Shown here: in pieces, positions 27,668 to 36,833 of the stretch | Position numbering within the stretch: position 1 is the stretch's first letter | Layout of the letters: the number at the start of each line of letters is the position of its first letter | Source of the DNA: a virus | Lineage: Duplodnaviria > Caudoviricetes | Reading direction: 5' to 3' (one strand) | Length of the DNA stretch: 59,862 nucleotides | Virus record (IMG/VR): IMGVR_UViG_3300036841_000201 | Span: 1-59,862 of that record | Translations under genes and position numbers: made by a program | Notes under the pieces: model-generated | The model's input: only the letters and a program-made list of their open reading frames with translations | What the model was told of the DNA's origin: nothing | Database searches by the model: none

Positions 27668-27771
27668 CTACGCACGTTGGTCTACCGAACAGCGCGGAGA
27701 TGCAGGTAAGGCCTGTCTTACTACGTAGGTAGTGCGTAGCCATTGACCTACGCACGCCTACGCACTACCTT
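27668..27771. promoter_or_regulatory. Genetic-switch operators and rightward promoter
   Basis: CTACGCAC boxes at 27668, 27748, 27758 and inverted at 27732; 13-bp inverted repeat 27727-27739/27758-27770; TTGACC-N17-TACCTT ending 6 nt before the cro GTG. Confidence 0.65.
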
Positions 27772-27777
27772 TGACCT

Positions 27778-28029
27778 GTGTCGAGCCAGCGAAAACGCCC
27801 CAAGATTCTCAACCACGAGCCTGTGGCGGTCACATACGCACGCGAGAAGGCCGGGCTGACCAAGCGGGAGTTGGCGGAGCGACTCGGCATCTCAGAGCAG
27901 CTAATGGGCGAGATCGAGTCCGGTTGGCGCAATGCCACCTCGGCGACGCTGCTCAAGCTCGCTGAAGAACTGAACTGCCCCGTGGTCGTCCTGGAACGCA
28001 AGCGCTCCCCTGAGGCGAGGACGGCATGA
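27778..28029 (+). CDS. Cro-like HTH protein
   Basis: AREKAGLTKRELAERLGISEQLMGEIESGWR. Confidence 0.85.
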   Translation: MSSQRKRPKILNHEPVAVTYAREKAGLTKRELAERLGISEQLMGEIESGWRNATSATLLKLAEELNCPVVVLERKRSPEARTA

Positions 28030-28133
28030 CCTTCCGTCGATGGCTGTCAGCCGCCGGTACCTGGGTCTGCGATAGGTGCGGCCGAGTCAATTACGACCCG
28101 GCCACTAGTTGCTACAACTGCGGGGCGATCTGA
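28026..28133 (+). CDS. 35-aa RanBP2-type zinc-finger microprotein
   Basis: MTFRRWLSAAGTWVCDRCGRVNYDPATSCYNCGAI; coupled at both ends (ATGA, TGATG); not in the ORF track. Confidence 0.65.
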   Translation: MTFRRWLSAAGTWVCDRCGRVNYDPATSCYNCGAI

Positions 28134-28318
28134 TGGCCACCAAGCAGGACAAGCCCGCTCGCCGGATCTGCCGCACCTTCGAAGAGTGCTTCGAAGCCGG
28201 CCGCGAAGACGGCCGCCGACTCGACCGGCCACTGTCTCCCGCTGAGGCCCGGATCTTCGCCGATCTCCTACGCCCTTACCTGATCCCCGCCGCGACCGAC
28301 CGGAAGGCGGCGAGCTGA
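28133..28318 (+). CDS. Hypothetical protein
   Basis: TGATG coupling at both ends. Confidence 0.6.
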   Translation: MATKQDKPARRICRTFEECFEAGREDGRRLDRPLSPAEARIFADLLRPYLIPAATDRKAAS

Positions 28319-28422
28319 TGGCTACGTACGCGTGGGCCGTGTGCCACCTCTGCCAGGCCGGCAGCCACTGTCTCGGCAGCGTCGCGGGCTGTTCGTGCTG
28401 CGGCCGGGTTGCGAGGAGCTGA
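28318..28422 (+). CDS. 34-aa Cys-rich microprotein
   Basis: MATYAWAVCHLCQAGSHCLGSVAGCSCCGRVARS; TGATG coupling at both ends. Confidence 0.55.
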   Translation: MATYAWAVCHLCQAGSHCLGSVAGCSCCGRVARS

Positions 28423-29510
28423 TGAACACCACCACCCCGGGCATGCGCATCGACGAGATCCGGGTGATCGATCGCCACCGCACCGACTTCGGCGATCTGA
28501 ATGCGCTCGTCGAGTCGATTCGTGAGCTGAGCCTGCTTCAGCCAGTCGTCGTGACCCGGGATGGCCGCCTGGTTGCCGGTCAGCGCCGGCTGGCGGCGTG
28601 CCGCTCATTGGGATGGGAGGCCATCCCGGTTGCGTATGCCGAGAACCTCACTGATGCGGTTGAGCTGTTGAAGGCCGAGCGCGACGAGAACGTGTGCCGC
28701 AAGGCCATGGTCCCGTCAGAACTCGCCGCCCTGGGTGAGGCGCTGCACGCGTTCGAGGCCCAAAACGCGAAGGAACGTCAACGGCAGGCAGGTCGCGAAC
28801 ACGGCCGTGGAATAGCTAGTGACCCGAAGGGCACAAGCTATTCCGGCAATAAGACCCGGGCGCTGGTTGGCCAAGCGCTAGGGATGGCCGGTTCCACGTA
28901 TTCCGACCTGCGTTCCGCCTACCGCCTCGCGAGCGACACAGAAGCCCCAGATGCCGAGCGCGAAATTGCCCGCGACGCACTGAAAGAGATGGACCGCACC
29001 GGTCACGTCAAACCGGTCGTGGAACGGATGCGCAAGCGTCTGCGCAATCAACGCGGCGTCGAGGAGCGTAAGCAGCCGAAACCGCCCAAGGCGGAACCCT
29101 CGCAGGAGAGCACGGAAGCCGGCGAGTGGATCCCCCCTAAGGGCGACAGTAGCCAGAAGGCGGCGGCACGGCGCCGCGACTTGATTCAGGAACTGGCCCG
29201 GCGCGGCTATTCATCGGAGCAGATCGGCGATCGGATCGGCATGCGTCCGGAGACGGTGCGCCGTATCGCAAGGGAAGAGCGTACTTCGATCTCGGCCGAC
29301 GAAGCGCTCAGGAAGACCCACAGAAAGATCGACTCTAACCGCATCATTCGGGAGACCGTCGCCGGGTTCGAAGGTCTTGAACTCGCGTTGAGCCTCGTCG
29401 ACTTCGACGCGCTCGACACCTACGAGATACCGAACTGGACCGCCTCCCTCAGCGAAGCAATCCGGATCCTCAACCGACTGAACAAACAACTGAAGGAGAT
29501 GGTCCAGTGA
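28422..29510 (+). CDS. ParB-like N-terminal domain protein with HTH
   Basis: LVESIRELSLLQPVVV...LVAGQRRLAA...EN..RK motifs. Confidence 0.85.
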   Translation: MNTTTPGMRIDEIRVIDRHRTDFGDLNALVESIRELSLLQPVVVTRDGRLVAGQRRLAACRSLGWEAIPVAYAENLTDAVELLKAERDENVCRKAMVPSELAALGEALHAFEAQNAKERQRQAGREHGRGIASDPKGTSYSGNKTRALVGQALGMAGSTYSDLRSAYRLASDTEAPDAEREIARDALKEMDRTGHVKPVVERMRKRLRNQRGVEERKQPKPPKAEPSQESTEAGEWIPPKGDSSQKAAARRRDLIQELARRGYSSEQIGDRIGMRPETVRRIAREERTSISADEALRKTHRKIDSNRIIRETVAGFEGLELALSLVDFDALDTYEIPNWTASLSEAIRILNRLNKQLKEMVQ

Positions 29511-30319
29511 CCAACAAGCCTACCGGCAAGCGCATCGAGCGGGTAGCGCGTCTGCGCTGGGTGCCGCTGAACAAGATGCGGATCAATCCGCTGGCGCAGC
29601 GTGAACTCAAGCCCGCGCGTGTCGACAAGCTCGCGTCCGAGATGGACATCGAGCAGCTCGGCTACCCGACCGTCAGCCTTCGCAGCGACTGGTACTACGT
29701 CATCGACGGTCAGCACCGGATCGAGGCGTACAAGAAGTGGCTGGGCGACGGGAACTGGGAAGACCAGCAAATCCAGTGCTCCACCTATGACGGCCTTACC
29801 GAGGAAGAGGAAGCGGAGATCTTCCTCAAGCAGAACGACACTCTCTCGGTGGCAGCCTTCGAGAAGTTCCGCATCGCGGTCAAGTCGGGCCGTCCAGAGG
29901 AAACCGACATTGACCGGATCGTACGCGCCGCAGGGCTGCGGATATCGCGGGCGCAGGGCGGGTCGATCAGCGCAGTTAGCACCCTTCGAAAGGTGTACCG
30001 CCGGGGGCCTGCGGTGCTCTCCAAGACTCTGCGGATCGTCTTTCCCGCGTTCGGCGATGCGGGGCTTGAAGCTCCGATCATCGAGGGGATAGGGCTCGTC
30101 TGCCACCGCTACAACGGCGAGGTTGACGAGGTAACTGCGGTTATAAAACTGACCAAGATCCATCGCGGCGCTATTGGCCTGCGGGATGCGGCCGAGAACA
30201 TTCGGCTGAAGACCGGTAACCCTCGCGCGCACTGCTATGCGGCAGCGGCGATCGACGTTCTGAACCGCGGAAAGGGCGGCAAGAAGCTGACGCCCTGGTG
30301 GCGGACCGACGACAACTGA
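29507..30319 (+). CDS. ParB/Srx-fold protein (DUF6551-like)
   Basis: QR...YVIDGQHR...EEAEIF motifs. Confidence 0.7.
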   Translation: MTNKPTGKRIERVARLRWVPLNKMRINPLAQRELKPARVDKLASEMDIEQLGYPTVSLRSDWYYVIDGQHRIEAYKKWLGDGNWEDQQIQCSTYDGLTEEEEAEIFLKQNDTLSVAAFEKFRIAVKSGRPEETDIDRIVRAAGLRISRAQGGSISAVSTLRKVYRRGPAVLSKTLRIVFPAFGDAGLEAPIIEGIGLVCHRYNGEVDEVTAVIKLTKIHRGAIGLRDAAENIRLKTGNPRAHCYAAAAIDVLNRGKGGKKLTPWWRTDDN

Positions 30320-30397
30320 AAAACCCGCCCGGGACTGCACCCCGGGCGGGGGCCGGAGGCAATCCGGCTGGTCTCAACCCTAACCGGAGGCAACCCG

Positions 30398-30841
30398 ATG
30401 AGCACCAACGACAGACCCCCCGACACCCCGACTGTGGCAGAGCTGGAGGTGGGAGACGTGATCCAAACCGCCGGGCTCGACGCCATGGAATACCCCGAGG
30501 TCCGCATCGTCCGCAACGACCGCATGAGCCTCGGCTACCGACTACTGGCCACCGCTCCGATCGACAAGCCGGGCGCGGTCAGCCACTACCCGCAGCGCGG
30601 GCACCTGCACGTGACCCGCATCCGCCGCGCGCACGAGGAACGCGGCGAGGCCTACGACGAGTGGTCGGTGCACATCGACCGCCCCGGCGAGGCCACCGAG
30701 GTGCTTCCGGCCACGCGCAGCAGGGCGGTCGCTCTCCAGCAGATGGAGGCGTGGGCCGGGGCCGGTGAGGTGTCGCTGTGGTCCCACCGGGTGCCGGCGT
30801 GGACCCGCGTCCCTGCCCCTGCGAGCAAGGAGTGTGCGTGA
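30398..30841 (+). CDS. Hypothetical protein
   Basis: GGAGG RBS; coupled to the next gene. Confidence 0.6.
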   Translation: MSTNDRPPDTPTVAELEVGDVIQTAGLDAMEYPEVRIVRNDRMSLGYRLLATAPIDKPGAVSHYPQRGHLHVTRIRRAHEERGEAYDEWSVHIDRPGEATEVLPATRSRAVALQQMEAWAGAGEVSLWSHRVPAWTRVPAPASKECA

Positions 30842-31749
30842 TGGCATGCCGCGAGATCAAGTCACAAGCCGACTACGACGCCGCGAAGACCGGTGGCGAC
30901 TGCTGCCTGCACATCGTGGACGGCCACGTGGTCCTTGATTCGTCCGACTCGGCCAGCGTGGAGGCGTACGGCTCGGCCAGCGTGCGGGCGTCCGGCTCGG
31001 CCAGCGTGGAGGCGTACGACTCGGCCAGCGTGCGGGCGTACGGCTCGGCCAGCGTGGAGGCGTACGACTCGGCCAGCGTGCGGGCGTACGACTCGGCCAG
31101 CGTGGAGGCGTCCGGCTCGGCCAGCGTGCGGGCGTACGGCTCGGCCAGCGTGGAGGCGTACGGCTCGGCCAGCGTGCGGGCGTACGGCTCGGCCAGCGTG
31201 CGGGCGTACGGCTCGGCCAGCGTGGAGGCGTACGGCTCGGCCAGCGTGGAGGCGTACGACTCGGCCAGCGTGCACGGCCATGCCAACGCCACCATCACCG
31301 GCACCCCGTACACCGCGTTGTTCCGCCATGACGACACGGTCACCCTTACCGGCGGCGTCGTCATCGAGGTTCCCAAGCTCACCGACTCCGACCCCGGCGA
31401 GTGGTGCGACTACTACGGCGTCACTCGCGAAGACGGCACCGCGGTCGTCTTCAAGGCCGTCGATGGCGACCTATGCGCGCACTACGACGGCACCCGCTAC
31501 GACGTCGGTGCAACCGTCGAAGCCACCGACTGGGACGGCGTCGCCGAGTGCGGCGGCGGCCTGCACTTCGGTCCGACACCCCGGCACGCGCGCAAGTACA
31601 ACCGGTCCGCCTCGCGGTTCCTGGCGTGCCGGGTGCTGCTGTCGGAGACGGTCACGCTCGGCGACAAGGTCAAGTCCAGAGCGTGTGAGGTACTGCACGA
31701 GGTTGACCGCGACGGCGCCCGCGTCCCTGCGACCGAGGCAGGTGCGTGA
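30841..31749 (+). CDS. Octapeptide-repeat (beta-helix-like) protein
   Basis: (SASV[E/R]A[Y/S][G/D])n followed by a C-terminal ECGGGLHF domain. Confidence 0.75.
   Translation: MACREIKSQADYDAAKTGGDCCLHIVDGHVVLDSSDSASVEAYGSASVRASGSASVEAYDSASVRAYGSASVEAYDSASVRAYDSASVEASGSASVRAYGSASVEAYGSASVRAYGSASVRAYGSASVEAYGSASVEAYDSASVHGHANATITGTPYTALFRHDDTVTLTGGVVIEVPKLTDSDPGEWCDYYGVTREDGTAVVFKAVDGDLCAHYDGTRYDVGATVEATDWDGVAECGGGLHFGPTPRHARKYNRSASRFLACRVLLSETVTLGDKVKSRACEVLHEVDRDGARVPATEAGA
30946..31272 (+). repeat. 24-bp tandem repeat, 14 copies of the TCGGCCAGCGTG core
   Basis: Counted directly; exact 24-nt period. Confidence 0.95.
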
Positions 31750-32117
31750 TGCCGACTCCGAACGTGGCATTGCTGAAGCAGACACTCGCGCACATAGAGG
31801 CCAACCCGCACGAGTGGAACCAGGGCGAGTACCGCTGCGAGACGGGCATGTGTTTCGCCGGTTGGGCCGCCATTCTCGCGGGCGGCCAGTGGGAGAACGC
31901 CGACCCGGAAACCGGAGACGTCGAGTATCTGGTGATCGAACCGGATGACGAGATCGCGTATGTCTTCGATGGAGGAATCCACGTCAAGTGGCGTGCGCAG
32001 CGAATTCTCGGGCTCACCGTAGACCAGCGCATCCTTCTTTGTGCCGGCAGCAACACCCTCGATGATCTCCGGTCCATCGTCGCCGAGATCATCGCTGGGG
32101 CGGGTGAGTCGTCATGA
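31746..32117 (+). CDS. Hypothetical protein
   Basis: WNQ..YRCETGMCFAGW motif; coupled. Confidence 0.65.
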   Translation: MMPTPNVALLKQTLAHIEANPHEWNQGEYRCETGMCFAGWAAILAGGQWENADPETGDVEYLVIEPDDEIAYVFDGGIHVKWRAQRILGLTVDQRILLCAGSNTLDDLRSIVAEIIAGAGESS

Positions 32118-32359
32118 CCACCGCACTGCCGAAGGGCCGCGCCGTCCACGACGAGCCAAAGCTGGAACAGGCCATTGAGGCGCTCGCCGCACAGTGGCCG
32201 GTCGGCACCGTACAGGCCCGGCTTGGTGACGCGGAACGATCACGCTCGACGAGCCACACAACATCCCCGGCCTGCACGCGGGACGCTCTTCTGCCTGGTC
32301 GCTGCTGGGTTCAGGTGATCAAGTACCTGCGTCAGGTGCGGCGGGGTGGTTCGCGATGA
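32114..32359 (+). CDS. Hypothetical protein
   Basis: ATGA coupling at both ends. Confidence 0.45.
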   Translation: MTTALPKGRAVHDEPKLEQAIEALAAQWPVGTVQARLGDAERSRSTSHTTSPACTRDALLPGRCWVQVIKYLRQVRRGGSR

Positions 32360-33396
32360 GCCACTACAGCGTTGTTGTCTGCCTGGACGACCCGGCCTGC
32401 CTTGATGACCTCCTGGCGCCATACGACGAGAACAAAGAGGTCGAGCCCTACCGCAGTTACGAGGACGGTGGGCCGGCGGAATTCTGGCTGTACTCCTTGC
32501 TCCAGCGTGCCGATGAGGACGACCGCAACGGCACCGGCATCAAGCCGTACAAGCCGGACGAGATCGGCTACTCCTCGGCCTCATCGAAGGAGCCGCCCGA
32601 GGTCCAGCGCAAGAAGATCGCCGATGACGCCGCCTTGTTCCGGTCGCTGCCGGTGCCGATTACCTGGCGCGACATCGTCCGTACCTACAACGAGAAGTAC
32701 GGCGATGAGGACTCGGAGCTGCTCTACGACGAGGCGACCGATCGCGCGTACACGATGTCGACCTACAACCCCGACTCCAAATGGGACTACTGGCGCATCG
32801 GCGGCCGGTGGGGCGGCTACTTCCGATACCGGGACGGCTGCCGCGATCACGTGATCAAGCCTGAGCGAGGTTGGGACTCACCTGAGGTCATCGCTCCGGA
32901 TACCTGCAACGGCGGGCCGAAGTCCGCGCTCGACCTCGACCGTATGCGCGAAGACAAGGCGGACGACGCGCGGCGCGACTACGCCAAGTTCCATGATCTC
33001 GTTGAGGGCACGCCCGAAGCTCTGCCGTTCCGCGTCTTCGCCGACAACATCAGCCCCGAGTCGGGATACGGGATCGACCGGGCGCGCAAGGAGTACCGCT
33101 CGCAGCCGCGCGTAGAGCGAATAAAGGGCAGCGAGTTCAACTACTTCGGCTCTGACGCGATCGAGGATCTTCAGCAACCGGAGCGGGTCTACGTCGATAA
33201 GCAGCGGGCGGGCGCCGTTCCCGGCTACGCCCTGCTGACGCTCGACGGCAAGTGGATGGCCCCCGGCCGCATGGGCTGGTTCGGCATGAGTTCGGAGAGC
33301 GAGAGCGACCTGATCGGTTACTGGGAGGTCGCTAACGCCTACCTCGATTCCGTCCCTGAGTCCACGTGGCTCGTCGTCGTGGATTGCCACATCTGA
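32356..33396 (+). CDS. Conserved phage hypothetical protein
   Basis: MSHYSV...TYNPDSKWDYWRIGGRW...VVVDCHI pattern. Confidence 0.75.
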   Translation: MSHYSVVVCLDDPACLDDLLAPYDENKEVEPYRSYEDGGPAEFWLYSLLQRADEDDRNGTGIKPYKPDEIGYSSASSKEPPEVQRKKIADDAALFRSLPVPITWRDIVRTYNEKYGDEDSELLYDEATDRAYTMSTYNPDSKWDYWRIGGRWGGYFRYRDGCRDHVIKPERGWDSPEVIAPDTCNGGPKSALDLDRMREDKADDARRDYAKFHDLVEGTPEALPFRVFADNISPESGYGIDRARKEYRSQPRVERIKGSEFNYFGSDAIEDLQQPERVYVDKQRAGAVPGYALLTLDGKWMAPGRMGWFGMSSESESDLIGYWEVANAYLDSVPESTWLVVVDCHI

Positions 33397-33408
33397 GGAG
33401 GCCTGGAC

Positions 33409-33762
33409 ATGACGATGACCGCCGACCTGCGCACCCAAGCAGCGGACCTACTCGACCGGGCCGCACAGCACATCGAGCGCTACGGCTGGGCTCAAGACTG
33501 CTGGTACGTCCGGGAGCCTGACCGGCTGCCGTGGGAATCACCAGCGTGCGCGAGCGGGGCTGTCTACCTGGCAGCCGGCATCGACCCGTACCGCTTCGGC
33601 CCGCACGGGGGACGAGAGGACCCCACCGTTCTGGCGCGAAGCATTCTGGCCGAGTACCTGGACTCCACGAGTGTCGCGCTGTGGAACGACGACTGGGCCA
33701 CGACCAAAAACAAGGTCGTCACCTCACTGCGTGAGGCTGCACGGCAGGCGAGACAGCCATGA
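33409..33762 (+). CDS. DUF6197-like protein
   Basis: AAQHIERYGWAQ...CASGAV...WND motifs. Confidence 0.6.
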   Translation: MTMTADLRTQAADLLDRAAQHIERYGWAQDCWYVREPDRLPWESPACASGAVYLAAGIDPYRFGPHGGREDPTVLARSILAEYLDSTSVALWNDDWATTKNKVVTSLREAARQARQP

Positions 33763-34115
33763 GCGCCGCCGTCGACGCCTACATCGCGGACTTCCGTGTC
33801 CGGGTCGCCGTCGTCACCACTGCCGCATTCCAGGCGATGAAGACCGCCGCCCCGGACACCGGCCGGGAGTCACTGACGCGGTTCGAGATCGGCGACCGCG
33901 CGTACGCGCTGCTGCGCACCCCCGAAGAGGGGCAGGCGCTTCTGGAGGACTACGAGGACGCCGTACGGGTCCGCGACGGGGTTGAGGCCGGCGTCGTGCA
34001 CTGGTCCGAGGTCGAACCCGAACTAGTCGGCCCGCGGTACAGCGAGGACGCGTTCGACATCGCGGCCGGCCGGGCCGATGACGCAGCGTACGCGCTGCTG
34101 GCGGGGAGGCTGTGA
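33759..34115 (+). CDS. Hypothetical protein
   Basis: Coupled ORF. Confidence 0.6.
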   Translation: MSAAVDAYIADFRVRVAVVTTAAFQAMKTAAPDTGRESLTRFEIGDRAYALLRTPEEGQALLEDYEDAVRVRDGVEAGVVHWSEVEPELVGPRYSEDAFDIAAGRADDAAYALLAGRL

Positions 34116-34381
34116 TGGCCCTGACCTGGCGTGAGGCCGACTACGAAACCCGGGTGCGGAGCGTACAGCCCGCCCTCAGGGACCTGTACATCCGGGCCAT
34201 CATCCACCCCGACCCGGTCCGCCAGGCCGACATGCGCACCTCCATCGCTGATCTACGCACCGCCATCGCGGTCGCATGCGACGTGCCGGCCGGCGACATC
34301 CACCCGGCGCACGGGCTGCCCGCCGTGGTGCGCGACGGGTGGACCGCGTACGGGCTGACTGCCGCGAAAGGCGGTGCCTGA
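34112..34381 (+). CDS. Hypothetical protein
   Basis: Coupled ORF. Confidence 0.55.
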   Translation: MMALTWREADYETRVRSVQPALRDLYIRAIIHPDPVRQADMRTSIADLRTAIAVACDVPAGDIHPAHGLPAVVRDGWTAYGLTAAKGGA

Positions 34382-35223
34382 TGGCCTTCGACGGCAAAAG
34401 CCTCGACGACTACGTGGACGTGGCCGAGCGAATCGCCATTTTCCGCCAGCAGTATCCCGAAGGGTCGCTGCAACCTGCCGACATCGCACAGCCCTACCGC
34501 ATCGAAACGATCAAGGGCTTCGATAAGAACGGCAACGAGATCGCACAGACGTTCATCGTGTACGCCGCCGCCGCCTACCGCACGCCGCTCGACGAGCGGC
34601 CCGGCATCGGGCTCGCGTACGAGATCTTTCCCGGCCGCACCCCGTACACCCGCGGGTCGGAGCTGATGAACGCCGAAACCTCCGCGTGGGGCCGGGCGAT
34701 CATCGCCGTAGGGGCTGCGGACTCCCGTGCGGGAATCGCCTCGCAGCAGGAGGTACGGAACCGGCAGGCCGAACGCGAGGACGGTCGCAACAAGGACGGC
34801 TCCAAGCCGCGACGAGGCGTGCCGGACGAGCAGTTCGAGGCCGAGGGGCGGATGACCCGCCAGCAGTCGGCCGACCACGGACGGCTTGCCAAGGAGACCC
34901 AGGAGAACCCGAAGAAGGCCGAGCGGCACCGGGGCCCGGTCGAAGAGGACCCGTGGGCCGACGGCAACGGCATGGTCAACCGGCCCCAACTCAAGCGGAT
35001 CGGTGACCTTTTCGACCAGGCGCAGTGGAGCGACGAGGCCGACCGGCTCCGAGCAGCCTCGCAAATCGCGGGTCGCGAGCTGAAGAACGCCTACGACCTG
35101 TCCAAGGACGAAGCCGAGCAGTTGATCGCCGCGCTGCTGCTGGTGTGCCAGTCCGATGACCCGGCTCAACGCCTGAGCGATCTGGTGGCGCAGGTCGCCG
35201 AGCAGGAAGGAGGCCAGTCGTGA
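34381..35223 (+). CDS. Putative ssDNA-annealing recombinase (Sak/Rad52-like)
   Basis: DYVDVAERI..F...YP.G...NAETSAWGRA...IAS..EV motifs. Confidence 0.65.
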   Translation: MAFDGKSLDDYVDVAERIAIFRQQYPEGSLQPADIAQPYRIETIKGFDKNGNEIAQTFIVYAAAAYRTPLDERPGIGLAYEIFPGRTPYTRGSELMNAETSAWGRAIIAVGAADSRAGIASQQEVRNRQAEREDGRNKDGSKPRRGVPDEQFEAEGRMTRQQSADHGRLAKETQENPKKAERHRGPVEEDPWADGNGMVNRPQLKRIGDLFDQAQWSDEADRLRAASQIAGRELKNAYDLSKDEAEQLIAALLLVCQSDDPAQRLSDLVAQVAEQEGGQS

Positions 35224-35570
35224 CCGAGCCCGTCTTGAACCCGGTGGACATCGAGCAGCAGATCTCCGACGTCACAGATCAGATCGCCCGCGGCGTCCGC
35301 ATCGTCACCGACGCCGAACGCGACGCCGCCCGCCTGCGGCGCGAATACGACCGCGCGTACGCGCACGCCTACAAGGACGCGGACGGGCCCATCCCGGAGC
35401 GCAAGTACACCGCGGACCTAAACACGATGGACGAGCGGGAGGCGGCAGAGAACGCCGAGATCGCGTTCCGGCACGCGCAGCGTACGGCGAAGGCGTTGGA
35501 GCGGAAGCTGGACGCGCTGCGCTCGCAGGGTGCGTCGGTGCGCGCGATGTACGAGGCGGTGCGCTCATGA
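35220..35570 (+). CDS. Helical hypothetical protein
   Basis: Coupled ORF. Confidence 0.65.
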   Translation: MTEPVLNPVDIEQQISDVTDQIARGVRIVTDAERDAARLRREYDRAYAHAYKDADGPIPERKYTADLNTMDEREAAENAEIAFRHAQRTAKALERKLDALRSQGASVRAMYEAVRS

Positions 35571-36004
35571 TACGCCGCCGCAAGAGCCTGAAGCGTCAGC
35601 CGCTGCGCCGTACGCCGATGCGTCGCCGCTGGCGCGACACCGGGCCCGATGAGGCCACGCGCGAGCAGGTGGGCGCACGGGACATCTGGTGCTGCGTCGT
35701 CTGCGGCCGTCACCTCGGCGCGTCCGGTTCGACCCTGCATCACCGCCGTAACCGCGGCAGCGGGGGCAGCAGCGACCCCGCGATCAACCGGCCGTCGAAC
35801 CTGCTGACCGTGTGCGGGTCCGGCACGACCGGATGCCACGGCTGGATCACCAACCGGCCTGGGGAGGCCCGCGACGCCGGGTACGTCGTGTCGCTCAACA
35901 GCACCGACAACCCGCGGGACGTGCCGGTCCGGCACGCGCTGTACGGACTGGTGTACCTCGACGACAACGGCGGCTTTGAGCATGTCGGGGGCGATGCCGC
36001 GTGA
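35567..36004 (+). CDS. HNH endonuclease-like protein
   Basis: CVVCG...HHRR...NLLTVCGSGTTGCHGWI. Confidence 0.8.
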   Translation: MIRRRKSLKRQPLRRTPMRRRWRDTGPDEATREQVGARDIWCCVVCGRHLGASGSTLHHRRNRGSGGSSDPAINRPSNLLTVCGSGTTGCHGWITNRPGEARDAGYVVSLNSTDNPRDVPVRHALYGLVYLDDNGGFEHVGGDAA

Positions 36005-36255
36005 TGCTGCCGCTGAGTTTCGTATCCCGTGACGGTCTGGCCGGGCTCGGCTTCCGCGTCCTGCGCTGCGCCCACTGCGGCCAGGACCGCCCGGCCGCCC
36101 GCTTGTTCGACGGCGAAGTCTGCGCCGTCTGCCTCCGGCCGGTCGACGAGTTGTCGGCGGTTGAGCAGCGCCTGTCTGACCACATTGAGGCCGCCACCCG
36201 GCGTGCCATTGACCGCCCCGCCGACCACACCCACTCCGGGAGCGATGCCTCATGA
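36001..36255 (+). CDS. Small zinc-finger protein
   Basis: CAHC...CAVC. Confidence 0.55.
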   Translation: MMLPLSFVSRDGLAGLGFRVLRCAHCGQDRPAARLFDGEVCAVCLRPVDELSAVEQRLSDHIEAATRRAIDRPADHTHSGSDAS

Positions 36256-36833
36256 GCAAGACCACCAAGACCACCCGGCGGGCCACATCGCAGCCGACGC
36301 CCAAACATGGCACGTCCGCCGGGTTCAACCTTCGTCACCTCGTCCGCGATGTCGTCGCATCCTCCCCGTCGCCGGACTATCCGCTGATCGCCAAGGAGGC
36401 CGCCCGCCGGATCCCGCCCGAGCACCTCGAAGCCGCGTTGATAACGGCGTTGACCGAGTACGTGCGGCACTACGCGACGACGATCCGCCCGACGATCTCC
36501 GTCCTGGCTGCGCCCGTCCAGCTCGCCGAGTCGGCGGCCCCGGCCCGGCGCCCGGGTCAGTCGCCGAAGGTCATCGGGATTCGGCAGGCGTGGCGACGGT
36601 ACCTCGACGCCCCGTTCGGCACGGCGACCGGGCAGAAGTGGCTCGGCGACTGCGACGCCGCCGACCTCATCTTCATCGCTGAGGATCTGGAGAAGAAGGC
36701 CGCCGAGAATGTGGCGAAGGCGACCGGGATCCGTGGCCTGCGCGAGGAGATGGGCCGCCACAAGGCCGCCCGGGTCCGTGACCTCCCTGACGTGGTGCTG
36801 GCCGCGTACCTCGCTGGAGGTGCGGCGGCATGA
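36252..36833 (+). CDS. Tas-adjacent hypothetical protein (carries one guide unit in its 5' end)
   Basis: 193 aa; ATGA-coupled to the Tas ORF. Confidence 0.7.
   Translation: MSKTTKTTRRATSQPTPKHGTSAGFNLRHLVRDVVASSPSPDYPLIAKEAARRIPPEHLEAALITALTEYVRHYATTIRPTISVLAAPVQLAESAAPARRPGQSPKVIGIRQAWRRYLDAPFGTATGQKWLGDCDAADLIFIAEDLEKKAAENVAKATGIRGLREEMGRHKAARVRDLPDVVLAAYLAGGAAA
36273..36324 (+). ncRNA. TIGR-like stem-loop unit 0
   Basis: ACCCGGCGGG-CCA-CATCGCAGC-CG-ACGC-CCA-AACATGGCA-CG-TCCGCCGGGT. Confidence 0.85.

Noticed and set aside
30946-31272. CRISPR or DGR template/variable repeat
   Set aside because: It is an in-frame coding tandem repeat with no unique spacers, no reverse transcriptase and no adenine-specific variation.
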